Source: a virus
Taxonomy: Duplodnaviria > Caudoviricetes
Virus record (IMG/VR): IMGVR_UViG_3300010219_000073
Span: 1-27,425 of that record
Direction: 5' to 3' (one strand)
Length of the DNA stretch: 27,425 nt
How positions within the stretch are numbered: position 1 is the stretch's first letter; each line of letters begins with the position of its first letter. The notes beneath the pieces were generated by a model. The model saw only the letters and a program-made list of their open reading frames with translations. It was not told where the DNA came from and did not search any database. The position numbers and the translations under genes were made by a program. Positions 1 through 8,574 of this stretch are shown here, piece by piece.

Positions 1-1035
1 TGGTGAACTTATTGTAGATCCATCCCAGGGAGCGATACCAAAGGTAAAATTATAAGATACCTTTATATCTTTTGCACCTGGTACATTGGTACTATTGGTG
101 TATCCGTTGTCATGATACACAGGTTTCCAATAGAGAAGAGCGCCGGTAATATCACTGCTCGGATCAAAAGAGAAATTACAGACCTTTGCAATGCGAGTAA
201 GGATCTGGCCAAAGCTTATACACCAGTGGCCACGAGGGAAAGTAAAGGAGGACAAGTCGGTATAACGACCGGAGTAGGCAACATCAAAATACTCGTCACC
301 ATACCCTAGGAATTCATCCCAGAACGGGATTTGAGCTAGTGCGTCTGCTACAGTTAATACGGAACCGTCGTCGTTTGGTATGAGTCCAGCCATATTACCG
401 TTACTGTCACCGGCTTCTGTTTCAGTAATTGCAGGAACGGTATAGCCTAAAGCTGTACCATAGCTGCTACTAGTACCGTTTAAAAACTCATTGAGTGTAA
501 ACTTCTTAAGACGCTCCGAAATATTATTGATTGTAAGCTGCACACTCTGCAACTGTTTCTCATTCAAAGTATCGGGATTATCTAAGAACTGGTCTTCTTT
601 CGGTATGCTTAAAGGATTAACGTCACCGGCAAATATTACTTCGCTTGTTCCGTCCGGTTTCTTTGCTGAAATAAAAACTGTATAAAGAGCCGTTTCATCA
701 TAAAAGACGTGATTGAGGAAACTACCACCATCCGGACTGTTTTCTGTGTAAGGTACGTCCCATGCTTCAAGTGAAGAGTTACCAGTATTGTATTTACCAG
801 CAAAAGTCCAAATGTCTTGTAAACTAATTTGGACCTGGTCACACGTAATAAATCCCTCTTCATCGTTCACACTCTTCTTAATAGCACCCATCGACTGAAA
901 CACGCGGTACCGTGAGAAGAGCTTTAAGCTTTCACCGTCTGGAACGTCAAAGTTTGTATTATTTCTGTTGATACGAACTTCAATTGCTCCATCTGGAGCC
1001 TTTAGGGAGTTCAGGATATATTGAGTAAACTGCAT
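1..1035 (-). CDS. Minor tail / tail-tip protein, 3' end outside window (absent from ORF track)
   Basis: Translated by hand: ATG at 1035, open to position 1 (MQFTQYILNSLKAPDGAIEVRINRNN...EVIFAGDVNP...); lies directly after the tape measure gene. Function inferred from position only. Confidence 0.75.
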   Translation of the reverse strand, partial: MQFTQYILNSLKAPDGAIEVRINRNNTNFDVPDGESLKLFSRYRVFQSMGAIKKSVNDEEGFITCDQVQISLQDIWTFAGKYNTGNSSLEAWDVPYTENSPDGGSFLNHVFYDETALYTVFISAKKPDGTSEVIFAGDVNPLSIPKEDQFLDNPDTLNEKQLQSVQLTINNISERLKKFTLNEFLNGTSSSYGTALGYTVPAITETEAGDSNGNMAGLIPNDDGSVLTVADALAQIPFWDEFLGYGDEYFDVAYSGRYTDLSSFTFPRGHWCISFGQILTRIAKVCNFSFDPSSDITGALLYWKPVYHDNGYTNSTNVPGAKDIKVSYNFTFGIAPWDGSTISSP

Positions 1036-1085
1036 GAAAAATTCTTCTTTAGATTAACGGAGGAATAATGAATTGAAAGCGTAGA

Positions 1086-4000
1086 TTATAAACGGCGCGA
1101 GTTAACGACACTAAGAGCTTGGTCTTGGCTTATCTTATTAGCATATTGATCGAGGACGATCGGAGCCGGTTGTTTTTTCATTGTGTCGTGAAGGTCCCGT
1201 AACTCCTGAACGATTGGTAAACTAGAAGCGGCTGCACTTGGGAGCAAGTTCAGTGACTGCATAATACCTGGGAGTTTATGGAGTGGGATAATGGCTTCAT
1301 CTCCTGCCTCACCTCGTTCCCCTTCGAACTCGTTATTTGGACCAAAAGAGAACCGCTGGGCACGCTGAACGATACCACCTTCTCCAAACTTGAACAGCTT
1401 TCGGGCTCCGGTGTAGAGACCGTAGATTCCGGCAATTGCAGCAGGGATAAGGGCAAGGGAGAACGGAAACGGGATAATGGTTGTGATCCACTTAATGGCA
1501 CTTGCAACCGCACCATAAGCGGCACTCGCCGCACTGGCAACGTTCGTTCCGATTTCCTGAGCAAGCATTGGTATTCTTTGCAGAATACCACCTTGTGTAG
1601 CTCCTGTCTTTGCAGCTTCGGTCGATTGAACTACTGCTACCTCTGCCCACTTGCTTGAGATGTAACTAACTAGCTGATTCAGTAAGAACTTCTTAACGAT
1701 ACCTTCCTGCTCAAAGAAATTAGCCTCAAGTCCTAATAGCTCTTGAGCTGCAAACTCCTTCGCCTTTTTACGCTTTTGATCGGCACCCTCACTAAAGAAA
1801 TCAACTACCCTGGCATAGTACCCTTTTACTCTCTCTTCCTGCTCTTTCTGAGCTTTAGCATCAATCTCTTTTACTTTCTCATTATGACGTTCTAGTAACT
1901 GAGCTTCTTTTGCTTTAAGAACTAACTTATTATCGGTCGATTTACGAAGCTGTTCTAACTCCTGATTATACTTCCACTCTTCAAGCGCTATCTCACGGGT
2001 GTGGGAATCTTCAATTACACTAATTTCCTTTTCGCGTGCTTCATCTGCAATCTTCTTTAATTCTTTTTGATGGTCGCGCTCTTGCTTTTCTTCTTCGTTC
2101 GCCTTATCCTTTTGGGCCTTTTCGAGGTCCTTGCCAGCCGTGTTTGAATCAACTGCATATTTCTTAAGGATTGCTATACGCTCGGCGGCACGCTTTACAG
2201 CTAGCTCTTTTTCCTTAATTGCATACTGTTCCTGAGTAATCTCTTCTTTGTCAAGAGATAACTTTAATGCCTCGGCCTGGTCATCGTATTTCTTTGCAGT
2301 TGCTTCTAGCTCCCTATCCGCATCAAACTTTCTGTGATCGGCCTGAGCTTTTGCGCTGTTTAACCTAAACTGAATATCCTGTTCACCATGAGTACGGGCG
2401 ATTTCAGCCAGTTCATCGTTAAGAGCAATAGTGTTTTCAAGAGTATGCCGTTTCACATACTCTTCACTTACCTCACCTTTTGCAAGCTGAAGGTCTAATT
2501 CAATTTGTTTTTCCTTATAGAACTCTTCGCGTTCTTTCTTCTCCTTATCGAATGCCTCCTTACGTAAGCGTTCAGCTTTCTTCTCTGCACTCTCTTGGAT
2601 CTTCTCAGATTTTGCAGCATTTTTAGCCGCCGCTTTTTCTGCAAACTCTTGAGCCTTGTCGTGCTTCTCTTCTATCTGTTGCTGGGACTCCGGTTGAACC
2701 GTTACCTGTTGTTCAACTTCTACCTTTTGTTTTACTTTCTTATCGCCACCACTGGAAGAAAAGAATTCAACAATACCTTTAGTAAAGTTATAAATAGCCT
2801 CAGCCGCATCCTTGATCCACTTTACAACTTGTGTTATCGCCTGAATGAGAAGTTTTACACCGTCCACCGCCAAACCAAGAGCGAACTTGAGAACGGTTGA
2901 TATTACATTCGCTAGAAATACAATGATTGGTGTAAGCTCTTTAAGGAGTGGGACAAGAGCCAAAGCTAGTTCTTTTGCCGTGTCGCCAAAGACACCTGCA
3001 AGAGTAACAACAATGGGTATGAGACCGTCAACAACGGGCATCAAGGCATCGATAACGGTCATTAATGCCTCGAAGATCGGTTGAAGAGCACTGAACGCCT
3101 TATCTGCAAAAGCAGTAGCGGTGTCCATGAGTTTGTTCTTCATCCTATCGAACGCGCCCATGGAGTCCTGCGTACTATCTTTCGTAGCCTGAATAGCTGG
3201 TCCAAGCTTCTCCTGAATGATACGCATACGTTCACTTGCGTCCGTCGTCTTGCCGAACTCGATACCAAGCTTCTTAAGCTGTGCTTCTTGTTCAGGGTCT
3301 GCACCTTTAGCGATAAGCTTTGCAACGGACTCGGCATTCATGCCCATCGCATTGGCAGAGCCGATAGAGATCTCAGTGAGCTTGGTTAGGTTTTCACCAG
3401 TGATGTTACCATAGCCCGCAATAGTGGCTTGGAGGGCCATGACTTCATGCTTTGGCATTGCGAAGTCATCCGCCATTTTGGTGGCGGACTTTCCAGCATC
3501 GTCTATCGCATCTTCAAGAGCTTTTCCACTCAGTCCAGCCTTTTGAAAGGCAATGGACATATTATCGCTTGCATCGTCTGCAATGGCCGCGTACTCATGG
3601 AGCTTGTTGAAGCCCTCCATTGCGAGACCAGCCACAGCTCCACCTGCGAGGAGCGATCCTGCGGCACCTCCGATACCACTAGCAGCACCACCGATTATTT
3701 GACGGCCTGTTCCGAGAATACCAGCCTTTGCACCGGCACCGCCTTCCTGTACGTCTTTTTTCTCAAGAGCTACTTGTTTCATCAGCCGCAGCTCGTCGTC
3801 AATCTCCTTCTTTCGAGCGGCTAATTCGGCTTTGGCTTCTTTTTCAACCGTGAGAGTTGAGGCATGAAGAATCGTTGCTTTCTCGTCCTGCAACTTCTTC
3901 ATGTCATCGATTATTTGTTTGCCCGAATCCTTATTGTATTTGGTCCGGACATCATTCATCTTTGCTTCTGCTTTGGCTATCGCTTCATTTGCAGATGCGG

Positions 4001-4217
4001 AGGCAGCTACTTGGGAGTGAAGAGCCTGGGAGACCTCTTGAGTGGCTTTGCTAACCGATTGAGCAACGGTAGCAACCGTCTTGTTACCATGAGCACTAAT
4101 CTCAGCTTGCACACCACCAAGAGAGGTGATCGTAAACTGAGTAAGCTGCTGAAGGGTAGTTTTAAAGCTTGCTTCATCTAATAGGAATTCGATTCCTACT
4201 TGGGCTTTGGAGGACAT
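1086..4217 (-). CDS. Tail tape measure protein
   Basis: 1043 aa, Ala/Lys/Glu-rich helical; Gly/Ala hydrophobic stretch, amphipathic repeats, C-terminal FGEGGIV...GEAGDEAIIPL motif typical of tape measures; follows the chaperone genes. Confidence 0.92.
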   Translation of the reverse strand: MSSKAQVGIEFLLDEASFKTTLQQLTQFTITSLGGVQAEISAHGNKTVATVAQSVSKATQEVSQALHSQVAASASANEAIAKAEAKMNDVRTKYNKDSGKQIIDDMKKLQDEKATILHASTLTVEKEAKAELAARKKEIDDELRLMKQVALEKKDVQEGGAGAKAGILGTGRQIIGGAASGIGGAAGSLLAGGAVAGLAMEGFNKLHEYAAIADDASDNMSIAFQKAGLSGKALEDAIDDAGKSATKMADDFAMPKHEVMALQATIAGYGNITGENLTKLTEISIGSANAMGMNAESVAKLIAKGADPEQEAQLKKLGIEFGKTTDASERMRIIQEKLGPAIQATKDSTQDSMGAFDRMKNKLMDTATAFADKAFSALQPIFEALMTVIDALMPVVDGLIPIVVTLAGVFGDTAKELALALVPLLKELTPIIVFLANVISTVLKFALGLAVDGVKLLIQAITQVVKWIKDAAEAIYNFTKGIVEFFSSSGGDKKVKQKVEVEQQVTVQPESQQQIEEKHDKAQEFAEKAAAKNAAKSEKIQESAEKKAERLRKEAFDKEKKEREEFYKEKQIELDLQLAKGEVSEEYVKRHTLENTIALNDELAEIARTHGEQDIQFRLNSAKAQADHRKFDADRELEATAKKYDDQAEALKLSLDKEEITQEQYAIKEKELAVKRAAERIAILKKYAVDSNTAGKDLEKAQKDKANEEEKQERDHQKELKKIADEAREKEISVIEDSHTREIALEEWKYNQELEQLRKSTDNKLVLKAKEAQLLERHNEKVKEIDAKAQKEQEERVKGYYARVVDFFSEGADQKRKKAKEFAAQELLGLEANFFEQEGIVKKFLLNQLVSYISSKWAEVAVVQSTEAAKTGATQGGILQRIPMLAQEIGTNVASAASAAYGAVASAIKWITTIIPFPFSLALIPAAIAGIYGLYTGARKLFKFGEGGIVQRAQRFSFGPNNEFEGERGEAGDEAIIPLHKLPGIMQSLNLLPSAAASSLPIVQELRDLHDTMKKQPAPIVLDQYANKISQDQALSVVNSRRL

Positions 4218-4240
4218 GAGTTATAAGGAGGGATTAATTG

Positions 4241-4284
4241 AAAAAAAAACCGCACCACGAAGAGAGGTATCGTTGGTGCGGTTT
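4241..4284 (-). terminator. Intrinsic terminator between tail chaperone and tape measure
   Basis: Stem aaaccgcacca / tggtgcggttt, extended by cga/tcg, ending in 9 U on the minus strand. Confidence 0.8.
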
Positions 4285-4327
4285 CTAGTATTCTTTAAGT
4301 GCTAACTTATAAGTTATATGTTAGGCT

Positions 4328-4621
4328 TTAAGCATTTGGTCTTTCCTTTTCCTTGGCTTGGTAATAAGCATACTCCGCACTACTGCGAGCACCAATAAAG
4401 CATAAGTGTTTAACGACATCAGGATAAGGGAGACTACCAGCGAGTAAGTATTCACTAATCACGGAGCCCGAAGCAAGGAAAAGGGTAACCTCACTTTGGT
4501 ATTCTAAAGGGACATAATCCATAATGTTAGGTCCCTCCTGTCTATCTGTTGCCAGTTCACTAAAAGCACTGCTTATTTTGTGCGCCTCTTTTCTTTGCCT
4601 GGCAACTTCGAAACGAAAAAA
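4328..4621 (-). CDS. Tail assembly chaperone C-terminal extension (gpGT-like), reached by -1 frameshift; includes ORF 4328-4522
   Basis: The -1 frame is open from the slippery site at 4615-4621 (FFRFEVARQRKEAHKISSAFSELATDRQEGPNI-MDYVPLEY...) to the stop at 4328. Confidence 0.75.
   Translation of the reverse strand, partial: FFRFEVARQRKEAHKISSAFSELATDRQEGPNIMDYVPLEYQSEVTLFLASGSVISEYLLAGSLPYPDVVKHLCFIGARSSAEYAYYQAKEKERPNA
4548..4621 (-). promoter_or_regulatory. Programmed -1 ribosomal frameshift signal
   Basis: T TTT TTC heptamer in the correct phase (4615-4621), 8-nt spacer, then 8-bp stem GTTGCCAG (4599-4606) / CTGGCAAC (4548-4555) on the mRNA strand. Confidence 0.72.
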
Positions 4622-4962
4622 TGGAGTTCGTGGACTAGCTTTGCGCTTTCTTGGTCCGTTGGCATGTACTCTTCCAACAGGTCTGACATTTTAGGACTGC
4701 TACCTACTGGAATGAACACAAGGTCTAGCATGAACTTAATCATGTCAGGATGATTCTGATTTTCTTTAATCCATTTACCGAACTTCGCTTCATTCATCTC
4801 CTTCGCTTTTGGATTATGCTTTTTATAGAGATCAATACCCGCCTGTTGCAAGCGGGCTTGCATAAAGAAGTTGACCGGTTGGATTTCGTATTTGTGTTTT
4901 TTCATTACAAACACTCTTGAGTTAGGTTTAGAAATACCAGAGAGTGGTTTTAAGACCTTCAT
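4573..4962 (-). CDS. Tail assembly chaperone (gpG-like)
   Basis: 129 aa ORF between tail tube and tape measure, with an HFF slippery motif near the C-terminus. Confidence 0.8.
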   Translation of the reverse strand: MKVLKPLSGISKPNSRVFVMKKHKYEIQPVNFFMQARLQQAGIDLYKKHNPKAKEMNEAKFGKWIKENQNHPDMIKFMLDLVFIPVGSSPKMSDLLEEYMPTDQESAKLVHELHFFVSKLPGKEKRRTK

Positions 4963-5020
4963 CGATTAATAATTATTGATAGTTGGGAGAAATAAAATTA
5001 ACTTTACTATTAAGAACGGA

Positions 5021-6010
5021 TTATGCGAACGCATCCATTTTGAATTGGATCTTCTTAGGATCGGCACCACCAAAGACAATAGAATCGGGAGTTGTTTCGT
5101 CGGAGTTATACATTACGGAGCCTTCAAAGAGAAGCTTAATCATGTTCTCCTTGTCACCAATACTTACCTCGTCAACCAGGCTAAGCACTCCAGGATCAAA
5201 CAGGAACGTCTCCCCTGCAAAGGTCTCATACTGAATCGGCACATCAATATCCCCATTTTCACTTGCCGCTTTAAGCTCCGTTACGCTCGTCTGTTTTAAG
5301 GTAACTTCTGCTTTAATATTACAGACCTCATTCAAATAGCGGTCACGGTTATCGACACTTGCACCTGTAAAGTCAAGTTCGATCTTCGGGTCTTTGAATA
5401 TTCCAACGTGGTTGTTATTTACCTTCACCTTAGAGAAGTTAGAAAGACCACGCTTTGTAACATCATACACAAGGTTAGCAGCACTAAGCCCTAAGGACTC
5501 TGCATCAACAATGGTAGTACCTGGGTTAAGTGTAGCAATGTTAGCCAAGATCCAGGCATATTCCGCTTTGGACATGGTGGTATACCAGTCGGCATCCACC
5601 TTTCGGGACTTTTGGTCCATCGAAAACTTAAACCTCATACCCATCAGGGCCGAACCGTCCGGTGTGTCTTGTCCCGCCGCGTTATCGATAAAAGGAAAGT
5701 GATCGCCGTCTTTGGTTACTACCTGTAGCTGGTGGAATTCCTTTGAGAGTAAGTAGAGATTTTTAAGGGATGCTACGTCTGTTTGGAGCAATCCTGCTTT
5801 AAACTGAGCCGAACGGTAGTTGGTAAACTTCCTATTGTTGCGGTCAGTAATGGTTATTGTTTTAAAATCAAGCGTAGTAGCTTCACGGAGCCCTAATACA
5901 CCTGCATCAGCTACATCAGTAAACGGGAAACCTTGTGTTGCTACTAGGATTTTTGCGTTACGCGGGATGCGGCGATTGGAAGACTTGTCGCCAGCAAAAT
6001 TTGTTGCCAT
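5021..6010 (-). CDS. Major tail (tube) protein with internal tandem duplication
   Basis: 329 aa, beta-rich, immediately upstream of chaperone and tape measure; the two halves align by eye. Confidence 0.75.
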   Translation of the reverse strand: MATNFAGDKSSNRRIPRNAKILVATQGFPFTDVADAGVLGLREATTLDFKTITITDRNNRKFTNYRSAQFKAGLLQTDVASLKNLYLLSKEFHQLQVVTKDGDHFPFIDNAAGQDTPDGSALMGMRFKFSMDQKSRKVDADWYTTMSKAEYAWILANIATLNPGTTIVDAESLGLSAANLVYDVTKRGLSNFSKVKVNNNHVGIFKDPKIELDFTGASVDNRDRYLNEVCNIKAEVTLKQTSVTELKAASENGDIDVPIQYETFAGETFLFDPGVLSLVDEVSIGDKENMIKLLFEGSVMYNSDETTPDSIVFGGADPKKIQFKMDAFA

Positions 6011-6060
6011 TGATTAAGAGTTACTAGAATTTAAGGGAGTAAGGGTTTAGGCTTGAGCTA

Positions 6061-6130
6061 TGTAATAGAGGCTCCGTAATAGAGGCTCTGTAATAGAAGT
6101 TACGCAGTAGGAGCTATATAATAGGAGTTA
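6061..6130. repeat. Five degenerate 14-bp tandem repeats upstream of the tail tube gene
   Basis: tgtaatagaggctc / cgtaatagaggctc / tgtaatagaagtta / cgcagtaggagcta / tataataggagtta. Confidence 0.85.
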
Positions 6131-6196
6131 GGTGGGGCTCAAGCTGTATAAACCCAGGGAATTTGTATCCCTGAGTTTGTGATATTATTCTGTTAC

Positions 6197-6228
6197 ACTT
6201 AGTTTTTTACCTACTTAGTTTTTTACCT
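6197..6228. repeat. Perfect 16-bp tandem duplication spanning the holin stop codon
   Basis: acttagttttttacct x2. Confidence 0.95.
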
Positions 6229-6439
6229 TAGATGATCGATATTGCAAAAGTGCATGAGTAACCGTACTAGCAGAGAATAGTCCAACAAAGTAGAGTGCAA
6301 CTTCAACCATCGCATTAATGACATTCTCTGGAATGTCAATAATACCAACAGTCTTTAGAGCACGAGCAATAAAGGTCAGTACTACCGGAATGGTCGTTGC
6401 AAGGTTCTTTGTAAACAGGGATTTCAAGAGTTCTTTCAT
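6215..6439 (-). CDS. Holin (two transmembrane segments)
   Basis: 74 aa, two hydrophobic segments, basic C-terminus, near the endolysin gene. Confidence 0.7.
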   Translation of the reverse strand: MKELLKSLFTKNLATTIPVVLTFIARALKTVGIIDIPENVINAMVEVALYFVGLFSASTVTHALLQYRSSKVKN

Positions 6440-6506
6440 ATTAGGTTATCTATGTTGATTAAAAGGGTTACTTAAGAGAACGGACATCCGTTCTAACTTT
6501 CGATTT

Positions 6507-6968
6507 CTACTTTCTAATTTCTTCTTTAATTTCTTGTAAGGTATGTTCAATGTTTTGGAGGGCGGTTCGGATAGGCTCTGCCTTGAGATCGATTAACTTC
6601 TCTATTTCTTTATTCCTTTCGGTCCTCCGTTCATCGAGCGTTTCAACTACAGTAGTCTTTACATTATCGAGACTAGGCTTAGCACTAATAAAGGCAAAAG
6701 CACCGAACAAAATGGCAATTACTGAAAGCACGGCACCATAGGATTTCCATTGGTCGAGAGTGATCCATAAGAACTTCTTCTGGGACTCCTTATGAATTAA
6801 TACCTCAGCTTCCTTAAGCTCTTCAAATGCCTTAAAGATGGCATTTGCAATCTGAGCCTCCTGTTCAATACTAAAAGCTGTTAGCGGAGGAGCCAATTCA
6901 TTTCGGGTTTGCTGGTTTAAAGTTGGGTGGTTTAGATTATGCTGGTTTTCACAAATCCTTTTATCCAT
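6507..6968 (-). CDS. Single-TM membrane protein with C-terminal coiled coil, in lysis cassette (holin-associated or spanin-like); true start may be downstream
   Basis: TM segment YGAVLSVIAILFGAFAFI followed by a heptad-rich tail; lies between endolysin and holin. Confidence 0.5.
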   Translation of the reverse strand: MDKRICENQHNLNHPTLNQQTRNELAPPLTAFSIEQEAQIANAIFKAFEELKEAEVLIHKESQKKFLWITLDQWKSYGAVLSVIAILFGAFAFISAKPSLDNVKTTVVETLDERRTERNKEIEKLIDLKAEPIRTALQNIEHTLQEIKEEIRK

Positions 6969-7465
6969 AGTTTCCTTGCTCTGGTTGGTTCGAAGTCTCT
7001 AAAGTGTCTAATCTTTGCATAGCACCCTTCCCCATTTCGTTGATCGCCTGAGGTGTGGCCAGAGGTATTATATTCAATAGTCGCAATGGCATAAGGTATT
7101 CCCTTATCGGTTTTAATGATATCGGTTACAAGTCCTGCGTGCCCCTGCCAAGTGTTCCCTAACTGAAAAATCACAATGTCACCAATTGAAGGCATGGCAC
7201 TCACATAGTGAGCTTTCCTTGCATTCTCATAAAAGGTTTGAGTACTCTTACTAAACGGAAATGGAATCTTCTTCTTATCGGCCAAACACGCAAGGTTAAA
7301 GATAGAAAGGAGTGCTGCAATACAGTAAGGTTCTCCTTCCTGCCAGTTGGTAGGATTCCTTCCAGAGTCCATTAAGTCTTTTAGCCAGGGAGCTTTGTTC
7401 TTTCCGGTTTCTACACAGCCAACATATTCACGCGCAATCGTTATTACGCGGTCACTTGTAATCAT
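6932..7465 (-). CDS. Endolysin, CHAP-domain peptidoglycan hydrolase
   Basis: Motifs EPYCIAA (catalytic Cys), GDIVIF, GHAGLV (catalytic His), TIEYNTS. Confidence 0.88.
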   Translation of the reverse strand: MITSDRVITIAREYVGCVETGKNKAPWLKDLMDSGRNPTNWQEGEPYCIAALLSIFNLACLADKKKIPFPFSKSTQTFYENARKAHYVSAMPSIGDIVIFQLGNTWQGHAGLVTDIIKTDKGIPYAIATIEYNTSGHTSGDQRNGEGCYAKIRHFRDFEPTRARKLWIKGFVKTSII

Positions 7466-7477
7466 AGGATAATAGGA

Positions 7478-8005
7478 TTAATAGGTTTCTATTAGGGGAA
7501 GATCGATTCGGGTCACATACCAGGGATGGGCTACTCGGTAGGTCTCGCTTACATTCTTAAACGGGCTTTCGTGATCTACGTAACAGGTTGAACCACTTAC
7601 CCAGGTGAAGTTCTTTGGTTGAATACCTGTAGTATCTGTTTCTCCACCCTCTGGCTCTTGCAGCTTTTTTAATATGTAGTCTACGAGATTATCCCGTTGC
7701 CTTTGAAGGTCTATGCCTTCAAAGCTATAGAAGTAGAGATATAAAGCAACGCGGCCAATGTTATCAACTAATGAGCCCTGTTCATTATCGAGCGGAAATT
7801 CACGGTTGACGTGCCACACCCGAACTGCCGGAACATCCGTTTCAGAAGGCATCCCTTCTTCATTAACGATTGCAAGGCCACGCTCAACAGACTCAAATAA
7901 AGGGGTATTATTTAGATCAACCAAACCTTTCAGCCATTCGATTATTTCGTCAACACTGAGGTTCAGGCCGGACTCAGGAAGGTTTAGTTTATGGATATCA
8001 GCCAT
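7478..8005 (-). CDS. Putative tail terminator / tail completion protein
   Basis: 175 aa acidic alpha/beta protein following the neck gene; position-based. Confidence 0.55.
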   Translation of the reverse strand: MADIHKLNLPESGLNLSVDEIIEWLKGLVDLNNTPLFESVERGLAIVNEEGMPSETDVPAVRVWHVNREFPLDNEQGSLVDNIGRVALYLYFYSFEGIDLQRQRDNLVDYILKKLQEPEGGETDTTGIQPKNFTWVSGSTCYVDHESPFKNVSETYRVAHPWYVTRIDLPLIETY

Positions 8006-8059
8006 TTTGGATATCAGCTATGATTAAGTGTATCAGCTATGATTAAGGATATCAGCCAT
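7991..8059. repeat. Four copies of the start-codon region of the 7478-8005 gene
   Basis: ggatatcagccat, ggatatcagctat, gtatcagctat, ggatatcagccat; the last two are each preceded by gattaa. Confidence 0.85.
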
Positions 8060-8085
8060 TAATACTTGTGGAGAGGGAGTTAATT

Positions 8086-8517
8086 TTAATAATTAATGCG
8101 GTTAACCATTTGTGCTAAGTCTTTCTCCATCTCTATTAAGGTTTTTGTACCAACGTCAAGGAATGGAGTTGCTGGTATATTCTTCGTACCAAAGTGATTG
8201 TATTCTGCTTTTATTTGGTCCTCGTCTCTTACCGTAATGGTGTTACCGTACAGGTCAAGACCGGTTAGCATTTTCTCAGTGTTTCGGAGCGTTCGTGGTG
8301 TTGTTGGAAGACCTAACTTTTTGCGTCTCTTTTGATAGGACTTCGAATAAGGTTTGTACGGGTGGCCTTCAGGGTCTAAGCCATGAACGGTGTTTTCTCT
8401 AATTTGATCGATAACCCGTTTTGCAGCAAGTGGGATAACCTGTGTAGAATAAACCTCAATTAGCTTCAAAGTAACTGTTTCAAAATCACCAGCTTTTATA
8501 ACAATCCGTACTTTCAC
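8086..8517 (-). CDS. Phage virion morphogenesis / neck protein (Mu gpG / P2 gpS-like)
   Basis: Basic 143 aa protein with DPEGHPYKPYSKSY, LRNTEKML and HFGTKNIPATPFL motifs; GTG start. Confidence 0.8.
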   Translation of the reverse strand: MKVRIVIKAGDFETVTLKLIEVYSTQVIPLAAKRVIDQIRENTVHGLDPEGHPYKPYSKSYQKRRKKLGLPTTPRTLRNTEKMLTGLDLYGNTITVRDEDQIKAEYNHFGTKNIPATPFLDVGTKTLIEMEKDLAQMVNRINY

Positions 8518-8574
8518 TCTTTTCGGACCCTCATTCTATGGTAAATCAGTTGATAGCAGCTATGGCAATACCGA

